NCBI GenBank assembly: GCA_051546255.1
Contig: CP128820.1
Coordinates: 930,001 to 994,000 of the forward strand
DNA from: Meyerozyma guilliermondii
Taxonomy: Eukaryota
Reading direction: 5' to 3'
DNA length: 64,000 nucleotides
How positions within the stretch are numbered: the first letter of the stretch is position 1; each line of letters begins with the position of its first letter. A program made the position numbers and the translations under genes. The notes below the pieces were generated by a model. It saw only the letters and a list, made by a program, of their open reading frames with translations, was not told the DNA's origin and searched no databases. Of this stretch, positions 20,937 through 29,773 are shown piece by piece.

Positions 20937-22550
20937 CTACTTTGCATTCTCCTCGTGGGCAATTATTGGTTTGTCAAACCTATCCTTCATGTTTTCATAT
21001 CCAAGTGAGTATCCACTGACCTTTTCGGAATCTTCTGCCTCCTCAAATGAGTGCCTATGGGGCACTCTTTTTGCAATTCTTACAGCGTCCAACCATCCGT
21101 CAGCCATTGCAAAGATCTCGTCAATCTCCTCCAAACTTCGACCTGAAGTCTCAGGAAAGAAGAAGTACACAACGATAGCAAGCACAAAGTTGGTACATGC
21201 CCACACAATCATATACTTGACGCCAATTCCTTCGTAGGCGTCGGGAGAAACTTCTCCAATCATAAAGTTGAAAGCCCAAAATGCGCCCACTGCCAAACCA
21301 TTGATAGCAGCCCTGTGAGCTAAAGGTGCAATTTCCGAAGCGTATAAAAAGGGAACCCCTCCCCATCCGATAACATAGACAAAGTGGTACATGTAGACGA
21401 AAAAAGTGGCTGCTTTCGTCGCTGATTTGTTGTCTGGATAAGAAAGTAATGCCGCCAAGCAAGCCATACAAATAGCGTTTCCTGCTGCACTTGTTATCAT
21501 CAACGTCTTTCTACCAAACCGCTCCACGGTGAAAGCTGCTAAAGAACCACCAACTATACTTGTCATTTGGTAGACTGCTGCCAATGGCTTGGCCACCAGT
21601 GGCTGCAAACCAAGGTAACGACCAAAGATTGTGCTTGTGTAGAAGGTGATGGCATTGACCCCGGTGAGTTGCAAACCTGCCAAACAAGTCACTGCGAGAA
21701 TAGTTCTATTGAGAGTTCTCTGGGGCCCCATTCTGCAAAAGTCCCAGAACTTTACTTGGCCTGCCAAGTCCATAGATGTCTGTTGGTCTCGAATGGCTTT
21801 GCGGATTTCGTCAGGTTCTGTCATTCCGTCTTCGATCACCAACATGACTTGTTCTGCTTCATCTACTCTCCCCTTTTTCATCAAGTACCGTGGAGATTCA
21901 GGAAACATATAAATGAGCCCAGCAACCATGAAACTGAAGATGACTTGAAAAACAAACGGAACTCGAAATGAAACCTCGCCAGAAGTATAAAAGAAGCCAA
22001 AGTCCAACCACAACGAAAGACACAACCCCATTCCCAAAAACACCCCCACGAACGACACATGAGATCCTCTTCTCTTTGCGTTACTTATTTCCGACTGCCA
22101 CACTGTCACCGTAGCGAGTAGACCACCAGTTCCCAAACCCAAGATTATTCTGCTGACGATGAGTTGAGCGAAAGAGTATGAAGTGGTCATTATGATCGCA
22201 CCTATAAGCTGCACAATTGCTGCCACAAACAACGTGAACCGACGCCCTCTGATATCACCGAGCCACACGCACGAAACGGAGCCAATTATACCACCAGCAG
22301 CATATAGGGCCACGACGGTGCCTCGAAGGGTCGTCTTGTGTTTCTTCTCAGAACCGGTGGCTAAATCAGCAGCAATTTCAGGAAACCGCTTCTCAAAAGC
22401 AGGAAAGTCAAGTAATCCTCCTAGTAAGGACTGGTTGTATCCAAATGAGATAATAGCAGGCATTACGATAAGGATTATCGCAGCCAAGTTGAGGCTATCT
22501 CCAGTAAGCCCAAGGAAATATTTTTTGTGAGTCTCTACTTGAGTCACCAT
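20937..22550 (-). CDS. MFS sugar-porter family transporter (STL1-like)
   Basis: FGYNQ, GDIRGRR, WQSE, PESPR, QLTGVNAITFY, ERFGRK, YASEI and PETSGRSLEEID motifs. Likely ATG at 22550; in-frame upstream starts exist. Confidence 0.9.
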   Translation of the reverse strand: MVTQVETHKKYFLGLTGDSLNLAAIILIVMPAIISFGYNQSLLGGLLDFPAFEKRFPEIAADLATGSEKKHKTTLRGTVVALYAAGGIIGSVSCVWLGDIRGRRFTLFVAAIVQLIGAIIMTTSYSFAQLIVSRIILGLGTGGLLATVTVWQSEISNAKRRGSHVSFVGVFLGMGLCLSLWLDFGFFYTSGEVSFRVPFVFQVIFSFMVAGLIYMFPESPRYLMKKGRVDEAEQVMLVIEDGMTEPDEIRKAIRDQQTSMDLAGQVKFWDFCRMGPQRTLNRTILAVTCLAGLQLTGVNAITFYTSTIFGRYLGLQPLVAKPLAAVYQMTSIVGGSLAAFTVERFGRKTLMITSAAGNAICMACLAALLSYPDNKSATKAATFFVYMYHFVYVIGWGGVPFLYASEIAPLAHRAAINGLAVGAFWAFNFMIGEVSPDAYEGIGVKYMIVWACTNFVLAIVVYFFFPETSGRSLEEIDEIFAMADGWLDAVRIAKRVPHRHSFEEAEDSEKVSGYSLGYENMKDRFDKPIIAHEENAK

Positions 22551-22789
22551 GATTCCGTTACCTTCATTCAGACAAGTGTTGGCTCTTATATCTTCCACCA
22601 ATTGAGTGCAAATACCGTTGTGCCAAGGCCCAGTTGGAGAAATGGTGTTTTTTTCAGCAATAGGATGCGGCAAGTTTTTCCCAATTTGCATCATGTACCA
22701 TACAAAATTCACAAAGATTACCACTGCTTCGAAAACTTGCCCCACATTTCCCCACAATATAGTTCAAATTAAGGATTACAAAGGTGGTT

Positions 22790-23078
22790 CGGAAGAAACC
22801 CGCATTTTTCTTCACCATACTCTATTGTGCGGAACGATTCCGCTCCCCCACCTCGAGTTCCAAAATGGTAAATTAGTTACCCCACATCTCATCGTGACAG
22901 AAAAGTGCGGAACGGTTCCGCACAACAAGGCATAGCCGACCATTCAAAGAAAAATAGGCTAGAATCTGATTTGCGGGGTGCATCTGTGTATCTGGCAGTC
23001 ATCTGCTCACAAGGGTACTTTTGCGGCTCAGACGAAAATTGACTGTACTGGGCTTAACAGTGCGGAACTGTTCCGCAT
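22790..23078. promoter_or_regulatory. Four CGG-N7-CCG Zn2Cys6-type sites in a divergent promoter
   Basis: CGGAAGAAACCCG 22790-22802; GTGCGGAACGATTCCGC 22827-22843; GTGCGGAACGGTTCCGCAC 22905-22923; GTGCGGAACTGTTCCGCAT 23060-23078. TATAAAA at 23119. Confidence 0.75.
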
Positions 23079-23162
23079 AGTTAGCTCCGGTTCATCATTC
23101 CTGGTGCTAAATATGGGATATAAAAGATGCCCTTCGTCCTTCGGTTTGTATCGACAAGCAAT

Positions 23163-24089
23163 ATGACTTTAGACTTGAGAGGATTGACACCAGCACCAGT
23201 TACGCCATTCAGTAAGGATGGTTCCGTTGACTACGAAGCCATTCAAAGATTGGGCTCTTGGTTGGGCTCAATTGATGGAGTAAAGGGATTAGTTGTTCTT
23301 GGACACGCTGGTGAAGGCACCTTTTTGACTCCTGACGAACAGGTGCTGGTTATTAAGGCATTTGTTAAATCCGTGGATAACAAGATTCCAATCATCGCCG
23401 GCATCACTGGTGAAGGTACGGAGGTTGCAGCGTTTGAAGCCAAGAGAGCCAAAGAGGCCGGAGCTTCTGCTGGGTTGCTTTACCCATCGCATGGCTGGTT
23501 GAGATTTGGTTACCAGCCAGGAGCACCTCAAGATAGATACAAGAGTGTTTATGAGTATTCTGGTCTTCCATTGATCTTGTTCCAGTACCCTGACAACACC
23601 AAGGCCACCTACAATTTGCAAACTTTATTGGACATTGCTGCTCAGCCAGGAGTCTTTGCCATGAAGAATGGTGTTAGGAATATGAGAAGATGGGATACAG
23701 AGATTCCTGTCATCAAGAAAAAGAACCCAGATTTGCAAGTTTTGTCTTGTCATGATGAGTACTTGCTTCACACTGCTTTTGATGTTGATGGCTTCTTGGT
23801 CGGCTACGGAAGCATTGCCCCCGAACCATTGATTGAGTTAATCAAGGCCGGTAAGGCTCAGGATTACAAGAAAGCCAAGGCTATTCACAATCAATTATTG
23901 CCAGTTACAAAGGCAGTTTATCACAGAGGCTCCCATATGGAGGGTACTGTGGCATTGAAACATGCCCTTGTTAGCAGAGGTATCTTGAGCCATGCTACCG
24001 TGAGAACTCCATTGCTTCCCTTGCCTGAAGGTGCGGATGTTGAGATCCACAATGCTGTTCAGCTGGCTCTGTTGTCCAAGGTCGCATAA
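23163..24089 (+). CDS. DHDPS/NAL-superfamily class I aldolase/dehydratase of unknown substrate
   Basis: PVTPF..DGSVD, GHAGE, PIIAG, Schiff-base Lys in FAMKNG, and LKHAL...VRTPL. ATG at 23163, downstream of the TATA box. Confidence 0.88.
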   Translation: MTLDLRGLTPAPVTPFSKDGSVDYEAIQRLGSWLGSIDGVKGLVVLGHAGEGTFLTPDEQVLVIKAFVKSVDNKIPIIAGITGEGTEVAAFEAKRAKEAGASAGLLYPSHGWLRFGYQPGAPQDRYKSVYEYSGLPLILFQYPDNTKATYNLQTLLDIAAQPGVFAMKNGVRNMRRWDTEIPVIKKKNPDLQVLSCHDEYLLHTAFDVDGFLVGYGSIAPEPLIELIKAGKAQDYKKAKAIHNQLLPVTKAVYHRGSHMEGTVALKHALVSRGILSHATVRTPLLPLPEGADVEIHNAVQLALLSKVA

Positions 24090-24234
24090 GCTGAAATGGC
24101 TGCGAAAAATTGCGAAATGGCTGCGAAAAAATTCATTCAAATGAAGAGGCAGCGAAAAATATGATTCATTTTTTTATCAAATTTAGGTTTTTCTTTCAAA
24201 GCTACTGAATATACTCGCTTAGCAGCCTCCTGTG

Positions 24235-26304
24235 CTACAAATCAATCCCCCATTCTGTGGGAAATTGATCCAAATTCGTAAAGTTTTGCAAAAGATCATC
24301 CAAATCAAAAAGCTGATTGAAATCAGTTATGTCATTGGAATTCGGGTGTGTATCATTTTCCCTCTCATGGAATGGCGTTGAAACTGTTTTTGCTGTCATT
24401 TTTTTCTCATTTTGGCCAAACAAAATATCCACCGGTGGAATCGAATTGAGTGGTGCTTTGATCTCCAGTGAACTATACCCTGAAAACTGGGCTGGAAATT
24501 TATCAAGAATAGCTTTGCTTGCAAGTTCAGAGGTGTTTTGGTCCTCTACGGCTTGATCCAAGAGTCTCTCAAATATCTCACGATACCTCTCGCAACCGGC
24601 CGATCTCTCTGCTAATCGAACCAAAAAAGCCGTACAATTGCGTAGGCCCTCGCTAATATCCACGTCCCAGGTACACTTTTTGGAAATAAGACCGTAAATG
24701 AGATTGAGTCCACTCAAGAAGACTGTTTGAAGACTCACAAAAGTAATTTTTTCTTCTTTTATGTTTATCTTTTTGATTAGATTGCACACGGAAACACACG
24801 CCTGAATGCACTCTAGAAAGAGAGGGTCTTTACCATCCAATGAACTCAAGAATGGCTGGATTAAGAACCTTATCTGTTTGTTGAACATGTACAACCAGTA
24901 GTTGTATTCTTTAGGGCTCAAATAATTGGGTAGATTGTTTTTCCAGTGAAAAACCTGTCTCCTCAACTCCTCTATTCGAAACCTGGGAATAGAGTCAAAT
25001 CCTATATCAGCTCTGTAGATAGTGGACTGTATCTTACTTTCGATTTGCCTGTATTTGAACTGGATGATAGCTGGAGACACCGAGGATCTTCCCTCAGTAT
25101 CGGCGTCTGGTGGTACCTTAAATTGTTCATGGTTATAATGAGGGTAAGTTTGATAGAACTTAGCTTTGAGGGCGGTCGGATCGGTAATACTTTCATCGAT
25201 GTTAATGGGAAAGTGCACATTAATGTCTCTATCACTGAGGGAATGGGGCTTGCCAAAACTGAGACAGATTACTCTTTCCAAGCAGTAAGCCGACCAAAAA
25301 GTTTTGCAGCGTGAGTTGTACTCGTAAGGATCTTCTCGGAAAAGTTTGAGGTTTGTGGTGTGAAGGCCCAAGTTGACACAGAGTCGTAAAGTAGAGCCTA
25401 TGAGATGCCATATGGCAACTCCTGATGTAAACCGCAATTGAAAGATCACCAACAATATCATTGCGTGGATGGTGTGTGTGTCCCCAGTCAGAATATCATG
25501 ATACAAATTGAGCCATAGTGCACTTTTGTAGAACACTAAATCGTGACCCATTCCATCATCTTCGTTTGCAACTCGTGATCCCAAAGCATAAACCATCAAC
25601 AAGATAAACCTATCCATTGCATCCTTTAAGGACATTGATTCGAGGTTAGTCTCTGTGTCGTTTGCGAAAAGCTCTAGTCTGGTTTCATGAAGCTTTTTCA
25701 AGTGTCCCTTCAGCAAGAATGGGTATCGTATATGAATACCCGAACAATAGTTGTCCAAATAATCGCCCATCAAGGTATGATTACGAAGCAAAGAACCAAG
25801 GTCTGAAAGAACCTTTTGCCTTTCCTCACTGGAACTTGCGTAGATGGAACAAGCAGCTTCTTCACCATCACCTTTTGTGAGTCCATAAATTAAATGCCCA
25901 TGGACAACAGTTGCAAAATTAAAACTAAACGGACCTGCCAAAGGTAAGTTATTCAAAACTGGAATGAACAAGGGACTCTGAACTAAGCCATGAGAGTGAT
26001 CAGAATCAACTTTTTGTTTCAAATCATCAGACGATTGTGATGTACTCTTCTCGTAGAACGCTAATTTCTCTTTCAATTGATTCACTTCTTCTTCCAAAAT
26101 CTTGATATAATTCGGGCCCCTAGTCGTGCTGTATTCACATACTTCGCCAGCATTTTTGCAATTTCTACAGTGTTCCTCTCTAGCAAAATCGCCATCGCAT
26201 TTTCTCTTTTTTGCAATACATCGGTTGCATGCTAATGTCGATTTTGTCCTTTTTCTCTTTCTCACGATACCATTATTCTCATTGGCTTCTACGTAAGATT
26301 CCAT
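24235..26304 (-). CDS. Zn2Cys6 transcription factor with a fungal middle-homology domain
   Basis: ACNRCIAKKRKCDG...CRNCKNAGEVC, coiled coil, H.RYPFL, LGLH and FWSAYCLER...FGKP motifs. Confidence 0.92.
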   Translation of the reverse strand: MESYVEANENNGIVRKRKRTKSTLACNRCIAKKRKCDGDFAREEHCRNCKNAGEVCEYSTTRGPNYIKILEEEVNQLKEKLAFYEKSTSQSSDDLKQKVDSDHSHGLVQSPLFIPVLNNLPLAGPFSFNFATVVHGHLIYGLTKGDGEEAACSIYASSSEERQKVLSDLGSLLRNHTLMGDYLDNYCSGIHIRYPFLLKGHLKKLHETRLELFANDTETNLESMSLKDAMDRFILLMVYALGSRVANEDDGMGHDLVFYKSALWLNLYHDILTGDTHTIHAMILLVIFQLRFTSGVAIWHLIGSTLRLCVNLGLHTTNLKLFREDPYEYNSRCKTFWSAYCLERVICLSFGKPHSLSDRDINVHFPINIDESITDPTALKAKFYQTYPHYNHEQFKVPPDADTEGRSSVSPAIIQFKYRQIESKIQSTIYRADIGFDSIPRFRIEELRRQVFHWKNNLPNYLSPKEYNYWLYMFNKQIRFLIQPFLSSLDGKDPLFLECIQACVSVCNLIKKINIKEEKITFVSLQTVFLSGLNLIYGLISKKCTWDVDISEGLRNCTAFLVRLAERSAGCERYREIFERLLDQAVEDQNTSELASKAILDKFPAQFSGYSSLEIKAPLNSIPPVDILFGQNEKKMTAKTVSTPFHERENDTHPNSNDITDFNQLFDLDDLLQNFTNLDQFPTEWGIDL

Positions 26305-26434
26305 GTTGGAGCCTCAACAGCGCCAAGTGTTCGAAAAGCGCCTATTCAGAAATAAATTCCGATTGCAATTCGTCTGGTAAATACCAGAAGATCAAATGGA
26401 CTCACATCTTAACACCAATAGTGGGGAATATGTC

Positions 26435-26458
26435 CGGGGAAACTCCGGGGACACTCCG
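26435..26458. promoter_or_regulatory. Two overlapping CGG-N7-CCG sites upstream of the Zn2Cys6 gene
   Basis: CGGGGAAACTCCG 26435-26447 and CGGGGACACTCCG 26446-26458. Confidence 0.55.
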
Positions 26459-27157
26459 AGATCCAAGCCAAAAGAAAACAAAAATGGATTAATAGACTAA
26501 AAACATCTTCGAACCATTTGTATATCATCAGACACCATAGAAGTTCATCCAAGAACCTATCGATGTCTTCCACCATTTTTTTCACTGCCATATCTCTTCC
26601 CCCACATTTATGCCGCGCCCCGCCAAACCCCCCACTTGTTGCAACATTATAGCTGCAAAATTGAGCAAAACAGGAAAATATCGATCATTGAAGCTAGGCT
26701 TTTGATGTCGTACTTTGGACCATGAATAATCGCAATTTTAGTAATTTAGTAAGCAGATTGGGAAAAAAGTACTACTCATTGAAGGCTACTTTATTACAGT
26801 TGAGTCTGGTTTGTCACAAAACGTATTTACATAACTTCGTTCATTCTTAGAGGGTCAGGTATTCGAAGTTGAGAAGGAGCCTTGGAATGTTCTCGAAGTA
26901 CCATTGGTATAGATCATCTCAGAGTATCTCAGCTTGAATCTAAAATATTATGATTTCGATCCCAGACTTCACAATTATCGCAAAAGACTGCAAATTTGAA
27001 AATCGCATTCAGGTAAAGAACTGACTACTCTTCACAAATGCTAGATACCTTTCATCTGTTTAAAGTTAGAATCTCTCGTTTCCTATTTCTTAACTTTCCC
27101 TTAGCTACAATTTTCAGATTTCATGTAGTTCATTATCGTATCATAAATATATCACGG

Positions 27158-29113
27158 TTAACTTCCACCACCCCCACATCCTCCGCCTCCTCCTCCTCCG
27201 CAACCACCTCCTCCACCACAACCACCACCTCCTCCACAACCACCACTTCCTCCACTCCCACAGCCTCCACTTCCACAGCCAGAACCACTACCACAGGCTG
27301 TGGCTCCACAACCACCGACTCCACTGCAACATGTTCCAGATCCAAAGTACGCAGCTCCGCCAGCAGCAAGTGCAAATGGTGCTAATGGTGCTACCGCAAA
27401 TAAGCCAGGACTATAATAGTAGCCGTACCCTGGGTCAACAGACCATGGCATGTAACGGTCTTTATACTTTCTCTCAACGCTGAGACGTTGTAGTTCGGCA
27501 CGTTTCAGCGGCACAGTAACAGCATTATGGGTACTTATATGGGTCAAGTTGGACTCGGGTCCATAAAGAGGACTTTTTTTCATGACATCTTCGTTTTCTT
27601 CGAGCTTCTTTTTCGATTTGAATATGGCTTTGAGTTTGGATTGGGAATTGTTTCGAACACAAATGCAATACCAACAATAACAAATCGAGTATTCTTGTTT
27701 GAAAGCGGAACGGTACAATTTGGCAGTTCTTTCAAAAGACAGATCCAACCGGTTCTCGTCCACTTTATCGTCGTGATCAAACACCATACCCCATTTGCCC
27801 TTTATCAAGCACCACTGGAAATAAAAGTAGATGGACAATTGATGGGTGTGCCATATAAGATCAATATCGAGAGTGGGCACAAGCATATAAGCAGGTCCAT
27901 ACTTTAAAAGAAGACTGAGAAACCGCGAGTATCTGAGAACTGATTCAGCAATGCCTTCTTGTTTCACTGGTGAGTTTATCCAGTCAAAAGCATTCATCTT
28001 GTCCACAAACCGACCCTGGCGCATAACACAACCAACCAAATCTTCATGAACCTGGATGACATCTGAACGAGGAATGGTGAGGTGTATAAGGTTCGACTGG
28101 AAATAGTTTCTGCCAATGATTTGGAGACGTCTCTTTTCTCGGGGTCGACGTTCGTAATTGGTGAGAAACAGATCTAAGTCTGAAAATTGAAGCCCTAATA
28201 ACATAGGCTCGGCTTCCAACTTGATCCGTTCATCCATTGCAGCGGGATCTGTCTTACTCAGGGGACTCAAAACGGAAGAAAAGTGTTTTGTCAAATAAGG
28301 CAAAGGTCTGTGATCTTTCAAATCAGCGTACAATTGACGTCGCCGTAACTGCTGATGGTCAATGCGAGAAGTGAAAGAGCAGCACAGAGGAACCCCCAAA
28401 ATCTCAAAGTTCTCGTCTGCAAACCCTGTATTGGCAAAGTTGGTGAGGTCAACATTTTGTGAAATCACTTTATGACACACGGGGCACATCACCGGCACTT
28501 TATGGACGGCAGGATTGAATTGACCTTTAAAGTAGTAGTCCATAGTCACGCCATATGCCTTCAAAATCTTATGGTATTCATCCACGAGTGGCTCGTTGGG
28601 CTTATAAGTAAAATTAGCATCGATTGCTTGACTTATACGGTCCAATGGGAAAGGAATGAAGACGAACGACAAGAAATTGTTCCTGACAAACGTATCATAA
28701 AAAGCCTTTGGATTAAGCGCAAAGGCGTGCCACACCATAAGAACGTCCAACGGTGGCAAATGACTTGCCATGATGTTAATATGGCGTTGATTTTTGGTAG
28801 ACTCTTTGACCCACATGGACGCCTCGTCTAAGGGAAACACTTCTGGACCATCCCCTTTGTACATGTATACCTTTAACGCGCTCACATATGTGATGAAGCG
28901 ACGCACCGAGTTGGTGACAAAAACCTGCCAGTCTTTAGGACCCGAAGACTCAGGATCGGTATAATTTGGAACGGCGGTTTTTCGAAGAACTTCAAAACTT
29001 TTCAATAGTTTTAGATGGGTTTCCACTTCCATCGTGGTAGGAAAGTGTTCCTTAGAGTCTGTTTCAGCAAACACATTGAACGCAAACTGATTTTTTGAAC
29101 GCTTTTCTTCCAT
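27158..29113 (-). CDS. Glycine-rich domain-containing protein (DUF1399/GRDP-like) with a Gly/Cys tail
   Basis: LPPLDVLMVWHAFALNP, RQGRFVDKM, LVPTLDIDLIWHTHQL, DHDD and CYCWYC motifs; tail of CGGGGG repeats. Confidence 0.85.
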   Translation of the reverse strand: MEEKRSKNQFAFNVFAETDSKEHFPTTMEVETHLKLLKSFEVLRKTAVPNYTDPESSGPKDWQVFVTNSVRRFITYVSALKVYMYKGDGPEVFPLDEASMWVKESTKNQRHINIMASHLPPLDVLMVWHAFALNPKAFYDTFVRNNFLSFVFIPFPLDRISQAIDANFTYKPNEPLVDEYHKILKAYGVTMDYYFKGQFNPAVHKVPVMCPVCHKVISQNVDLTNFANTGFADENFEILGVPLCCSFTSRIDHQQLRRRQLYADLKDHRPLPYLTKHFSSVLSPLSKTDPAAMDERIKLEAEPMLLGLQFSDLDLFLTNYERRPREKRRLQIIGRNYFQSNLIHLTIPRSDVIQVHEDLVGCVMRQGRFVDKMNAFDWINSPVKQEGIAESVLRYSRFLSLLLKYGPAYMLVPTLDIDLIWHTHQLSIYFYFQWCLIKGKWGMVFDHDDKVDENRLDLSFERTAKLYRSAFKQEYSICYCWYCICVRNNSQSKLKAIFKSKKKLEENEDVMKKSPLYGPESNLTHISTHNAVTVPLKRAELQRLSVERKYKDRYMPWSVDPGYGYYYSPGLFAVAPLAPFALAAGGAAYFGSGTCCSGVGGCGATACGSGSGCGSGGCGSGGSGGCGGGGGCGGGGGCGGGGGGGCGGGGS

Positions 29114-29422
29114 GTTTTGTGAAGAGAAAAGTGGCTGTCAAGCCTACATTTTATACGTTCTCTGACGTCACCCTCGAATCTCAGCCGCACCGTGAGATTT
29201 ACGAACTTCGGCAAGTGTGACGCGAGATCGGCTGTTTCATCGGCTGAAAAAGGTCATTTATTTGCTTATCGGCGGCATGAGATCAGCCACGTTTCTTCTT
29301 AGGGGGGGGGTTGTAGATCATGCACATTTGGAGTTGTAGCTGATTGGACGTAGATAGTATCTCGGCTGCAAATTACGAGCCGAGGGATGTGTTGAAAGTA
29401 CTCTAAAGGCAATGGAAAGCGA

Positions 29423-29517
29423 GATGACTTTATGTGGGGATGACTCTATGTGGGAGAGACGACTCTATACGATAAGCATAGATAGAGATGGTTCTCTATG
29501 TGATAGGGATGGTTCTG
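29423..29517. repeat. Degenerate tandem repeat (GATGACTCTATGTGGG-like units)
   Basis: Four to five imperfect units of about 16-20 bp between the two GRDP genes. Confidence 0.55.
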
Positions 29518-29773
29518 ATATCGGGAACTCTTTCCGACTTGGTCAATTAGTATTATGGTGAAGAACGAGATGGTCAACTCGGCGAGTCATCAGACTTGTA
29601 TGGTCAAGGTCAATGGTTCACAATTCTCGAACGAGAACCAGCATGATAAACCAGAACAATTGTCAAAATTGTTACAAAGTATTCAAAACTACACAATAAT
29701 CATACCTTTCAGCTTTTCATTGGGTGCGAATAAAACTGCAAAATTACAGAATTTCGTAATTGAAAGCAATTCT

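Noticed and set aside
27038..27385. Ser/Thr-rich and Val/Glu-rich ORFs overlapping the GRDP tail
   Set aside because: Alternative-frame readings of the Gly-codon repeat.
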